Source: FCB group bacterium
GTDB lineage: Bacteria > Zixibacteria > MSB-5A5 > GN15 > JAAZOE01
Direction: 5' to 3'
DNA length: 33,277 nucleotides
Assembly: GCA_024231695.1 (NCBI GenBank)
Contig: JAAEQF010000099.1
Span: 1-33,277 of the forward strand
The position numbers and the translations under genes are program-made. Of this stretch, positions 15,315 to 23,575 are shown piece after piece. The notes beneath the pieces were generated by a model, which saw only the letters and a program-made list of their open reading frames with translations, did not search any database and was not told where the DNA came from. The first letter of the stretch is position 1; every line of letters begins with the position of its first letter.

Positions 15315-15512
15315 TTATTTTCTCAATAATAAACGGTTACGCTGCCACCTTCGCAATATGCGTCGCCCGGAGTAATGCCTTGCGATCTTTGCCAATGCGC
15401 CTTTCTCAAATCGCATTCCGACCGCGAGCTTGCCCGCCTTTTGCTTCGACTCGATCAACATTGCAACCTTCGCGCCGCCAATCGTTAACTCGAGTCTTTC
15501 ACTAAATCGCAT
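15315..15512 (-). CDS. Small basic hypothetical protein (65 aa)
   Basis: ATG with an AAGGA RBS at 6-nt spacing; preceded by a 9-bp inverted-repeat hairpin. Confidence 0.4.
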   Translation of the reverse strand: MRFSERLELTIGGAKVAMLIESKQKAGKLAVGMRFEKGALAKIARHYSGRRILRRWQRNRLLLRK

Positions 15513-15797
15513 ATCCGTCCTTGTGTATTAAAAGCCGCCGACTTTCACTTTCACTGTCGCAACATGACGGACCAGAGCGTGTCGGCGGCTGCCGTGATGG
15601 TAAACCTATCCACGGATTCATTTATGCCGCTCGTCGCCATCAAGTTGTATTGTCATGTCAACCATTCCCAAACCACGATTGACATAGCTCCCGTTGCAAC
15701 GGCAATAACAATTACAATTCCCATTGCAACTGTGATTAAACAGCCTTTTATTACTTCGTCAAGTGGTCGCATGTCTGGCATGTCCCTAACCTCCATG

Positions 15798-15965
15798 TCA
15801 CCTTCTTGTTTTCCACTGACCGATGAATACCCACCAAATGGCGTTGAATGTTACCAGTGCGACCAACCCTACGCCAGCACCGCAACTTTGCAAGAAGTCT
15901 ATCCACCAATCCAATCCCTTTTTCTCTGGAGGGTCAATCCAATTCCCTTCTTTGTCGTAAGGCAT
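15798..15965 (-). CDS. Small membrane protein (C-terminal transmembrane helix); holin-like candidate
   Basis: Internal ATG at 15965 with a GGGAGGG RBS, 1 nt after the upstream TAA. The protein begins 'MPYDKEGNWIDPPEKKGLDWWIDFLQSCGAGVGLVALVTFNAIWWVFIGQWKTRR'. Confidence 0.45.
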   Translation of the reverse strand: MPYDKEGNWIDPPEKKGLDWWIDFLQSCGAGVGLVALVTFNAIWWVFIGQWKTRR

Positions 15966-15966
15966 G

Positions 15967-16188
15967 TTACCCTCCCGCCGCGTTGTTAAAAGTAAACCAC
16001 GCCCATGCAGCCGCGGCGCCAATAGCAGCCATAATGCCATACTTTCCAAAGTTCAACGCAAATAAAATAACTCTACCTGCTTCCGGGCCGAAAATTTCAG
16101 CCTTGTCTTTCTTTTGGACCTGCGTTGATTCCGTTTCATGGTCCGACCTATAAGGATCGAACGTTGCACGGTATTCAGGTTCAATCAT
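15967..16188 (-). CDS. Small membrane protein (C-terminal transmembrane helix)
   Basis: ATG at 16188 overlaps the upstream stop (ATGA). The protein contains '...GRVILFALNFGKYGIMAAIGAAAAWAWFTF'. Confidence 0.45.
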   Translation of the reverse strand: MIEPEYRATFDPYRSDHETESTQVQKKDKAEIFGPEAGRVILFALNFGKYGIMAAIGAAAAWAWFTFNNAAGG

Positions 16189-16586
16189 GTCTTCACCCTT
16201 TGGATTGCTGTTTGTAACCCCTGTATACCGACTTGAGTTGCATCGTGTTTGCGGTCGCACTTGTCGGCAATGTTCGTTGTTATCGTGTCAATCACCGCTA
16301 TAAAATCTTTTCGGTCTTGCTCGCGAGCCGTTGCATTTTCGGCCCTCTCTATCCTTGCCACTTCACGATCTTCTTTTGCCGATTTATTAAGCTGGGGAAT
16401 ATGATAAAAGAAAGCGTAAAGCGTCAACGCAGCAAAACAACCGAAAGAGCCGTATTGAATTATCGGCCCGAAAGCAGCGGAATCAATCGCTTGCAACGGA
16501 GCGGCAACCGGCTGCGACTGCGCTACCATGTACGAAACAATGCCCGATGCCGACCAGCTAATTCCTAAAATTGATTCTTTCAACAC
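16185..16586 (-). CDS. Membrane protein with one transmembrane helix and a charged coiled-coil C-terminus (holin/antiholin/spanin-like candidate)
   Basis: GTG start with an AGGAG RBS. The transmembrane segment is 'GPIIQYGSFGCFAALTLYAFFY', followed by 'KEDREVARIERAENATAREQDRKD'. Confidence 0.45.
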   Translation of the reverse strand: MLKESILGISWSASGIVSYMVAQSQPVAAPLQAIDSAAFGPIIQYGSFGCFAALTLYAFFYHIPQLNKSAKEDREVARIERAENATAREQDRKDFIAVIDTITTNIADKCDRKHDATQVGIQGLQTAIQRVKT

Positions 16587-16623
16587 GATTCCATTCTCCT
16601 GTCCCTCAAGGGGCTGTTATCAC

Positions 16624-17454
16624 CTAAAAAATAGGCTTTGGGGGTTCCATCCAAGTTGGTGTAATTACCGTTCTTTGCGCCCACGCCCCGAAACTTCTAA
16701 TGCCGGACGAACAGAAACTTTCGGAATCATGTCCGTATCCGTTATCACCCCAATCACCCCACGAATTAAGATACTTGACGTACCACTTGCGATTTTCGTA
16801 AACGAGTTTCATGCCGACAATAGCGTGCATAGATCGGGCATACGAAACAACGAACCCGCGAAGTAATGCAACTGCCAACCCGTCGAAAGATTGCACGTCG
16901 AACCATTCATCGGCCCGCAAAAATCCGGCGGTTTCCTGCCAGTCTTTCGGGAATCCGTCTCGCCATGCGTTGGCTTCCATGAAGTGCTTTAGGTTCGGGT
17001 TCGCTTTATTCTCTTTCGTCGGCGTCGGTAATGCTCCAACTTCTTTAAGCTGGTTGATGTTGTCGTACATATTCGAGCCGTTATCGCGTGAAACGATTTG
17101 CTCGTAGACTGAATTTGGAGAAAGCTGGATTGCTTTTTTCATGCCGAACGCTTTGTTCCAAGTGATCTCCTGGCATGTCGTCGAACTATTTGACGCGCAC
17201 GAATTATAACCGTTTTGGCTTTTCACCGGCCCCGCGAATTGCTCAAGGCCGACGTGTTCGCCGATGTGGTCGCCCCATTCAGAACGGGGTATCCATGTCT
17301 CGGCTGCTGGTTTGAAAACGTCTTCAAAGACAGGTAGAATCCCGCCAACCCTGCGACGCCCTTTGTCGTCGTATCCAGTTCCTTGATTCAAGCATCCTGT
17401 TTTGCGACCAGGAGGTGGCGTGGTTACGTTTAGAAATGAAATAGGCACGATCAC
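16624..17454 (-). CDS. Papain-like (C1 family-like) cysteine peptidase
   Basis: 'QNGYNSC' has Gln and the catalytic Cys 6 residues apart, as in papain Q19/C25. 'HAIVGM' matches the His box and 'LNSWGDWGDNGYG' matches the Asn-Ser-Trp-Gly...Trp-Gly..Gly-Tyr box. There is no signal peptide. The start overlaps the upstream stop (ATGA). Confidence 0.6.
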   Translation of the reverse strand: MIVPISFLNVTTPPPGRKTGCLNQGTGYDDKGRRRVGGILPVFEDVFKPAAETWIPRSEWGDHIGEHVGLEQFAGPVKSQNGYNSCASNSSTTCQEITWNKAFGMKKAIQLSPNSVYEQIVSRDNGSNMYDNINQLKEVGALPTPTKENKANPNLKHFMEANAWRDGFPKDWQETAGFLRADEWFDVQSFDGLAVALLRGFVVSYARSMHAIVGMKLVYENRKWYVKYLNSWGDWGDNGYGHDSESFCSSGIRSFGAWAQRTVITPTWMEPPKPIF

Positions 17455-18152
17455 CCTCCCTTTCTTTTGATAAGCGACAATGTAGCCTCTGCCGTCAGGG
17501 GAAGTTCTCCCTTGAACAAGAGCTTGTTTGTCTTGAAATCCGTTAATATCAACGCGGGAAGTTTAACGTTGTCGTCGTCGCGTGAAGGGTCGCCATCGAG
17601 TATTTCTGTAAACGGATCGCACGATTTTTGCGACGGGTCCATTATCCATAATTCGTGATCCTCTATTGCATTCGCCGAGCGAATCGCCGCTATCTGCTGG
17701 GCAAGTGCCGGAGTCTGATCCTCTGTTTCTCGAATCAAAACTATATTGCGCTTGCCCGGTTGCGGCAAAGGGTCAGGGGTCGGTGTCGGGTCTGGATTTG
17801 GATAAGGCGTCGGAATTGGCGGGACAGGACCGTCTTCTGCATTGTCGAAATCAAAGACAAACGTCTTTACGCCGTCAGACGTCTTTGATAAGAGGATGAT
17901 CCAGACGCGGCATGTCTCGCGGCTTGCAAAGATTATTTCGTTCCCGCACCGATGAAAGCAGTTGCGAGATGCAACAGGAAAATAAACCACATCATGCTCG
18001 GCCGGTGCATTGACGATTTGGAAGACGGCTAAATTGCCGGATCGCGTGACGTTCGGCCCTGTGACAGAAGCATCGGCCCCCGACGCACTGGCAACCATCG
18101 TTACCAGTGCAATAAGTGCTATCGGGAATAGCTTTTTAGGCCATGCCATCAT
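17451..18152 (-). CDS. Secreted protein with a Pro/Thr-rich linker (PIPTPYPNPDPTPTPDPLPQP) separating two domains
   Basis: The start was set at the ATG at 18152, which overlaps the upstream TGA (ATGA). The signal peptide reads 'MMAWPKKLFPIALIALVTMVASASGADA'. Confidence 0.5.
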   Translation of the reverse strand: MMAWPKKLFPIALIALVTMVASASGADASVTGPNVTRSGNLAVFQIVNAPAEHDVVYFPVASRNCFHRCGNEIIFASRETCRVWIILLSKTSDGVKTFVFDFDNAEDGPVPPIPTPYPNPDPTPTPDPLPQPGKRNIVLIRETEDQTPALAQQIAAIRSANAIEDHELWIMDPSQKSCDPFTEILDGDPSRDDDNVKLPALILTDFKTNKLLFKGELPLTAEATLSLIKRKGG

Positions 18153-18664
18153 GCACCGCCTCTCGCTTGCCGCCGCTGTCGCCATGACTTGATAAGCGAG
18201 ATCACTTCGCGAACGGCGCCGATGATTGCAAAGATCGTGACAGGATCAATACCGACAACCAGTGCAGTGTCGCCATCAATTGCACCGACAACCGGCTTGT
18301 AATCATCGCCACTATTCGAGAAGTCCGCTATGTCGAACAAGCGATCGTAAACGTCGTCGCTTTCGACCATCGCGGTCAAAAGAGCGGCCGCCTTGTCGTC
18401 GATTTCGGTAGGCGTGAACGCAGCCAACTGTCCACCGCCCGCAGCAAGCGTTGCCAGCCATTCTCGCACGGCGGCTTTGTCGTCGAGATCGGGCAGGTCC
18501 ATCAATGACCAAAGATCAGTGAAATCAACCTCCTTGATAACTGCCCATAGATCGGGCAGGTCGAAAAGCGATTGAAGATTAAGCGACTTCACTTCTTTCA
18601 ACATTCGCAAGACTTGTAGCGGCTTCCAATCCCTGATACCGCTCACATTTAATTCTTCTGACAT
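18149..18664 (-). CDS. Acidic hypothetical protein with an internal (L/M)DLPDL repeat
   Basis: 'SLFDLPDLWAVIKEVDFTDLWSLMDLPDLDD'. It is the first gene after MuF. Confidence 0.4.
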   Translation of the reverse strand: MSEELNVSGIRDWKPLQVLRMLKEVKSLNLQSLFDLPDLWAVIKEVDFTDLWSLMDLPDLDDKAAVREWLATLAAGGGQLAAFTPTEIDDKAAALLTAMVESDDVYDRLFDIADFSNSGDDYKPVVGAIDGDTALVVGIDPVTIFAIIGAVREVISLIKSWRQRRQARGGA

Positions 18665-18762
18665 TTTTTATACTCCCAAAATTACGACGATCAAAAGCCG
18701 GATCGCCTTCGGCCTTCTATTCGATATTTTGCCAACTTGCTAAAAAAACGCAATACGCGCCT

Positions 18763-20058
18763 TTACTTTTTTGGCTGTAATGTCACTACATCAAATGAAC
18801 CAGAGAGAATTTGACGCAAGCATTTTGCTTTTAATTTACGCTCGCCACCGCTGTAAACCTGCCCGTTTACTGTGATTTTTGGATTCTCCCTGTATAAGTA
18901 ATCAACCATTTTTTTCATCGAGCTATTGGTAGTAATCACGCCATGCCGAAATTCTATCTCTTCGGTCGATCCTCCCATTTGCACAGTTAGGATATAGCTG
19001 CGATCATCAACATTTGCGTTTTCCGTTGGCCGTTTTTTTGCGACTTTTACATCGGCGCCAACCCATTGTGTATCCGCAATCGCTTCCTTTTTGGATTTCC
19101 CGGGCCGCTCGGCTCGTATTGATTTGGATATTGCCGAGTCGATTTCTTTCTTCGTTGTCTTCTGCCCTTTTCGCTTGTCGTCCGGGTAAGTTGGCAAAAA
19201 ATTGCATCGGCAATTTGGATGTCTTGGTATCAGCCCCCTTGCCTCTTTTACCGTCATTACAACGCCTTCAAGAGGCTGGCAAAGAGGACACACACGATCA
19301 TCCTGAGCATTAGAAATTTCCGCGAGCACCTCAATGTCGTCGATATCCTGCGCCTCAAATGAATCAAGCTGTCCTTCGGCGTGCGCGTGAATAATTTCCG
19401 TTCTGGCCATCGCTAAAGCCCGCTTGCGTTCAATGGATTCAATCTGACTAGTGATCCTTTTCGCAACTTCTCGCGGCCCGTCGCCATGTGCAATTGCGGC
19501 TGATAGTTCGCGGGAGATTGTCTGCGACATTGCGTCCGTTATGCCTTGCAGTTGATCGAAAGCCCGGGTTGAAATCAGCTTTATTTTCGACACGGGAACA
19601 CGGGCATTGAATGCACCTGAAAGAAATTCTTCTGCCGTGCCATCGTAGAAAGACAGGTTGCCGAGACCTGCCCTCTTTGCCGCCAGATACGAATTGACAG
19701 CACCTTTGCGATATGCGGATTCAATATAACCAGAAGTCCAGAAGTCAGGAGCCGATACTGGCAGGCCACCAGGGCGGACGCTAAGAATTTCATCGTTCAT
19801 TGCCTCTCGCATCCATGCCTTGAAGTTCGCAACCTTTGCTTCGTCCGTCTCGAATCGCCAGCGGCTATTACCTGTCAAGCCTTCTGTGTTTAACCCAAAT
19901 GATACAGGGTCTTTTAATCCGAAAACATCATCCCGGACGATCAGATCATTGACACGCTTGCGAAGTTTACGAAACCGCCGCTTGACTTCAGCAACAAAAT
20001 TCCGCCGCAGTGTCAACGTTCGAGTTGGATCGACTTTGAATGGGTTAACCATCTTCAC
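18763..20058 (-). CDS. Head morphogenesis protein (Mu F / SPP1 gp7 family) with a ~150-aa C-terminal extension
   Basis: '...ARTEIIHAHAEGQLDSF...DRVCPLCQPLEGVVMTVKEARGLIPRHPNCRCNF' carries the HPNCRC hallmark of the Phage_Mu_F domain. It sits immediately after the portal gene. Confidence 0.75.
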   Translation of the reverse strand: MKMVNPFKVDPTRTLTLRRNFVAEVKRRFRKLRKRVNDLIVRDDVFGLKDPVSFGLNTEGLTGNSRWRFETDEAKVANFKAWMREAMNDEILSVRPGGLPVSAPDFWTSGYIESAYRKGAVNSYLAAKRAGLGNLSFYDGTAEEFLSGAFNARVPVSKIKLISTRAFDQLQGITDAMSQTISRELSAAIAHGDGPREVAKRITSQIESIERKRALAMARTEIIHAHAEGQLDSFEAQDIDDIEVLAEISNAQDDRVCPLCQPLEGVVMTVKEARGLIPRHPNCRCNFLPTYPDDKRKGQKTTKKEIDSAISKSIRAERPGKSKKEAIADTQWVGADVKVAKKRPTENANVDDRSYILTVQMGGSTEEIEFRHGVITTNSSMKKMVDYLYRENPKITVNGQVYSGGERKLKAKCLRQILSGSFDVVTLQPKK

Positions 20059-21475
20059 CCTCGGCTATGCCGTAATCATCGCCCTCGGTATCTTCGATGA
20101 TCGCATTGTCAACCTTTTCGATGATTGCCTCCGCTTCTTCAGAACTGTAGCCCATAACCTTAGTCAAGAAGTCCATGCGGTCCATAATGTTCTCGGCACC
20201 GCCCTTGACGTATTCGACCATCATTTTAACAAGCTTAACTCCTCGCTCTGCGATTGCGTCGGGCGTGTCTTCGTTCATGTCCGGCCACGTTACCACATAC
20301 TTTTCCGGTTCGGGCAATATGCCAAATGCAATGAAGCGATCAATCACTGGACGAATTACCATCGGCGCGAGATATTTATTTTGACGATAGGCAAGTGTGC
20401 CGTTGAAATTCTTTTCATCTTGGCTCGACGCGAGCTCGCCCGCCTCGTTACCCGCAAATATCCGCAATGGAATGCCGCAGGTAATCGCAAGTGCTTTCAA
20501 CTGCGTCTCGAATTGATCTTTAGGTGATACCACTTGCGGAGAGATCGAACTTGCTTTGACGTTGCGAAGTGCGAGCGTCCTTTGCAGGTCGTTCGTGTAG
20601 TTGAGAATTTCCTCTTTGAGTGCTTCTTTTTCAGCAGTCGTTAATTCGTCGGTGTCATTCATTTCAAGGAACACACCCGGGAAAGCCCCCTTCCAATACA
20701 TCTCGGCCGATCCGCCTAGCGTCTTGCGAAGGTCCAGCAGGCGATTAAAGCCGGATTCCATTCTCGGCGTTCCAAATGTCTCACTTGTGTGTCGATTGTC
20801 GGCAATGTGAATACAACGCGACCAATGCACCTTGAGCACCTTTACCTTTGGGTTAGCATTAACGCTAGCCGATGATTGACCTGGCTTGAAAAATTCTATT
20901 TCATAAAGCGTCGGCTGTCCAAATCTCGGGCTAGTTGCATCGTCGTTATATTCAAGAATCTTCGCTTGAGTCTGGTCGAACGTGCGGAGGTAAAGAAGAT
21001 TGTGTTCTGCATCCCCCTCTTTCATGCCATCTTCGTTGATCCCATCGACCGGCTGGCCTATGTCTTTGCCGTCGTCAATGCCAAGTAGCAATACGCCATA
21101 ATTCGCGATACCTGAAAGCCCGTCGATCCTTGCGAGATAATGCCAGATGTTTTTTTCGTTCACCAAGTCAAGAACAGCAGTCTCAAATTCCGTCGCGTCA
21201 CCTTCCGCATTTTCCTCAACTGAAGGATCAACCTGCCAGCACTTTTCGGGAAAGATATTTACAACACGGGCGCCGATACCTTCGCGTTTGTACATCTCGC
21301 GATACATCGTATCCGTAATCTCTTCGGGATAATGACAAGACGTGTTTAAGTTGCGATTGTCATCGTAGACGCTGTTCATTAGTCTAGCAAGCGACGCTCT
21401 GGATGCTATGTATTCATTGAGCACAAGCGGGTCGACATTGGTCGTTGGTTTCGGTGCTACCTTTTTTTTAGCCAC
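20045..21475 (-). CDS. Portal protein (DUF1073-like) with an acidic C-terminal tail
   Basis: A 476-aa protein with no P-loop, located immediately before MuF. GTG start with an AGGAG RBS. The C-terminus reads 'EDTEGDDYGIAEGEDG'. Confidence 0.6.
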   Translation of the reverse strand: MAKKKVAPKPTTNVDPLVLNEYIASRASLARLMNSVYDDNRNLNTSCHYPEEITDTMYREMYKREGIGARVVNIFPEKCWQVDPSVEENAEGDATEFETAVLDLVNEKNIWHYLARIDGLSGIANYGVLLLGIDDGKDIGQPVDGINEDGMKEGDAEHNLLYLRTFDQTQAKILEYNDDATSPRFGQPTLYEIEFFKPGQSSASVNANPKVKVLKVHWSRCIHIADNRHTSETFGTPRMESGFNRLLDLRKTLGGSAEMYWKGAFPGVFLEMNDTDELTTAEKEALKEEILNYTNDLQRTLALRNVKASSISPQVVSPKDQFETQLKALAITCGIPLRIFAGNEAGELASSQDEKNFNGTLAYRQNKYLAPMVIRPVIDRFIAFGILPEPEKYVVTWPDMNEDTPDAIAERGVKLVKMMVEYVKGGAENIMDRMDFLTKVMGYSSEEAEAIIEKVDNAIIEDTEGDDYGIAEGEDG

Positions 21476-21524
21476 GGCAGGGCTCCTAGAAACGGCTGTC
21501 CGTCGATGTTAACGGATACCCGCG

Positions 21525-21553
21525 ATTTTACGCATGGATTGCTTTTTTGTCCA
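21525..21553 (-). promoter_or_regulatory. Candidate sigma70-type promoter upstream of the portal gene (TGGACA-17 nt-TAAAAT on the minus strand)
   Basis: Read directly from the sequence: -35 at 21553-21548 and -10 at 21530-21525, about 45 nt before the portal RBS. Confidence 0.3.
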
Positions 21554-21573
21554 TACGCGCCGAATAGAGAGGC

Positions 21574-21795
21574 TTATTTTCGGTTAGATTTGCAGTAGAT
21601 TTCGCCGTCGTGCTTTAGAAATTCAAGAACCTCGTACCGTTTGAGGGTTACGTTGTAAGCAAAATAAGTCATGCCGTCGAACGTTGAATCAAGAGCGTAT
21701 GTGCAATGTCTTTGCGTTTCAATATCCATCATCTTAACGCTTGGCTGCGACGGATCGAGCTTGTAATCACTGACGGCCATTTTCCGATCTTCCAT
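21574..21795 (-). CDS. Hypothetical protein (73 aa)
   Basis: ORF in the unidirectional minus-strand array. Confidence 0.35.
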   Translation of the reverse strand: MEDRKMAVSDYKLDPSQPSVKMMDIETQRHCTYALDSTFDGMTYFAYNVTLKRYEVLEFLKHDGEIYCKSNRK

Positions 21796-21901
21796 GTTTA
21801 CTTGATCCGTCCTGTCTAATCAAAAAGGGTTAATTGCCTTGGCTTGTCACGTTCTTTTTCAATCCGCTTTTTGGCGATGTTCACTGCGTAGGACTCCGCG
21901 T

Positions 21902-22228
21902 TCACCTGGTTTCATTGCTTTTGATTTTCTGAAGTATTGCATCAAGTGCTTCAGTTCCCATTTCTACACTGGCTACGGCTGCTTCAAACACGCCGCAACA
22001 CATTACTATACCGGCCGAATCTTCGGATGTCATGTCTTCCTGTGTCATTTCCTGGTAAATGCCGTGCGATATGGCGTGAAGGTGCTTACTAATGGTAGTT
22101 AACGCTTCGATCTGTAATTGCCGTCTATCATTCATTTTGGCTTCTCCTTTCTTAATTATACGTCGCCTTTCGGCCTTCCTTTGACAATAGATGCTATTTC
22201 CTGACAGTTTTCCTCTGGCAATTGGCAC
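21902..22228 (-). CDS. Hypothetical protein (a likely shorter product starts at the internal MNDRRQ...)
   Basis: ORF in the array. Confidence 0.35.
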   Translation of the reverse strand: MPIARGKLSGNSIYCQRKAERRRIIKKGEAKMNDRRQLQIEALTTISKHLHAISHGIYQEMTQEDMTSEDSAGIVMCCGVFEAAVASVEMGTEALDAILQKIKSNETR

Positions 22229-22554
22229 TGAACCAGGGTCGGCCCGTCCTTGGTGTCGACCACCGCTGGCCGCATCAATTCCTTTAGTCGATCAAAGCAT
22301 TTTGCCTTTTCGATGGTCAATAAACCCTGTTTCAGCGCCTGTGCTGATTCCGTCATGTTGACGTCACCTTCGAGCATGTATTCCTCTTTGAGAAAAATAA
22401 AATGCTGTCGTAGCATCGCATAATCTTCGAGCATTGAAATAGCCTCGCGATACATGGCAATGTCGGACTTCTCTTCTTGCAATCCAACGCTTTCTCGCAA
22501 TGAATCAAGGAGGTTCGTCTTTGCCCTGAGTTGCTCAATCAGCACGTTAACCAT
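22156..22554 (-). CDS. Small coiled-coil protein, paralog C of a tandem triplicated family
   Basis: ATG at 22554 is preceded by AAGGAAGCGAGGACAAAG and the protein contains 'CFDRLKEL'. Confidence 0.5.
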   Translation of the reverse strand: MVNVLIEQLRAKTNLLDSLRESVGLQEEKSDIAMYREAISMLEDYAMLRQHFIFLKEEYMLEGDVNMTESAQALKQGLLTIEKAKCFDRLKELMRPAVVDTKDGPTLVQCQLPEENCQEIASIVKGRPKGDV

Positions 22555-22786
22555 CTTTGTCCTCGCTTCCTTTACAAAGATCAATCATTTCAACCCATTT
22601 TTTTAGCGGGACGGTAGGGGGCCGCTTCCCCAAAGAAACAATCAGTTCCTTCAGCCGCTCGAACTTCGTTTCCATTAGAGCAATTTCCATGTCCTTCAAT
22701 GACAACTGCATCTTGACATTGCTTTTCATCTGGTCGGACAGGCTGCGCATTTCCTGTAGTGCCTCTAATGCTTGTTCAGGTGTCAT
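22547..22786 (-). CDS. Small coiled-coil protein, paralog B
   Basis: ATG at 22786 is preceded by the same ~25-nt RBS/start block. The protein contains 'KFERLKEL...CKGSEDKDG'. Confidence 0.5.
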   Translation of the reverse strand: MTPEQALEALQEMRSLSDQMKSNVKMQLSLKDMEIALMETKFERLKELIVSLGKRPPTVPLKKWVEMIDLCKGSEDKDG

Positions 22787-23090
22787 CTTTGTCCTCGCTT
22801 TCTTTACAGATTCTATCCGCCTCAAACTTGCCAGCAAGCGTGAGCCGCCCCTTGCCATGAAGTCTCCATAGTTCCTTTAGCCGCTCGAAGTCGGCTAATT
22901 CATCAAGTAGGTCGCGATTCATATCTCGCGCTGATTCGGCATCTTCCAACGCTTTTTGAACGATATTAGCCGGGCACATCTTGTTATCCTCCGCCCAATC
23001 ACAAGGGCAACCTCCGCCATTAATGTCACACTCACCGGGCGGGGTAACTTGGCCAATAAGCACCTCGTATGCTTCCCATTCAGGTGTCAT
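22776..23090 (-). CDS. Small coiled-coil protein, paralog A, with an N-terminal Cys-rich segment
   Basis: The protein contains 'DFERLKEL...CKESEDKDDT', and a GGGAGG RBS precedes the start. Confidence 0.5.
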   Translation of the reverse strand: MTPEWEAYEVLIGQVTPPGECDINGGGCPCDWAEDNKMCPANIVQKALEDAESARDMNRDLLDELADFERLKELWRLHGKGRLTLAGKFEADRICKESEDKDDT

Positions 23091-23575
23091 AATCCAGCCT
23101 CCCTTAGCGACTTTTTCCAGTCGCAGGTTTCAGTTATTGTTATTTTGCAGTTAAGAAGTCGCTCCATGTCTTTTGGCCTCATTATCACCCCAGTGCATGT
23201 CTCCCAGTAAACTGGGGCTCGGGGGGAATGCTTGTCTTGCTTATAGGGCCGGTCTGTGCAAAAAATAATATGAGTGGTAGCAGGGAGGCTTTGATTCCTC
23301 GCTATAAAACGAAACGTCTTGTTCGTCCTTTGGCACACTTCGTTGATGACCTCCTGGTAAGTTCCAGTAATATCGCCCGTGCGGGCTTCGAGTATGTGCG
23401 CCGCAACGCTTACACTGTCGTGCGCCTCGTTCAACTGGCTGACGCTCCACTTGTAGCCACCGCCTTCCAAAACGGCCTCTCTATGTATGTCGTACAGGAC
23501 TCCCTCGGCCACTCCGAGATCGTAGATTAACTTTCGTTGCTCAGCGTCGTTCATATCTTCACCCTCACTTTCCAT
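23087..23575 (-). CDS. Hypothetical protein (162 aa)
   Basis: ORF in the array. Confidence 0.4.
   Translation of the reverse strand: MESEGEDMNDAEQRKLIYDLGVAEGVLYDIHREAVLEGGGYKWSVSQLNEAHDSVSVAAHILEARTGDITGTYQEVINEVCQRTNKTFRFIARNQSLPATTHIIFCTDRPYKQDKHSPRAPVYWETCTGVIMRPKDMERLLNCKITITETCDWKKSLREAGL

Noticed and set aside
15564-15989. Plus-strand 141-aa ORF
   Set aside because: It is antisense to the membrane-protein genes and the hairpin region. Its hydrophobic stretches mirror the TM helices on the other strand.
19820-20527. Plus-strand 235-aa ORF
   Set aside because: It is antisense to the MuF/portal junction, and its Arg/Ser-rich low-complexity composition marks it as an artefact.
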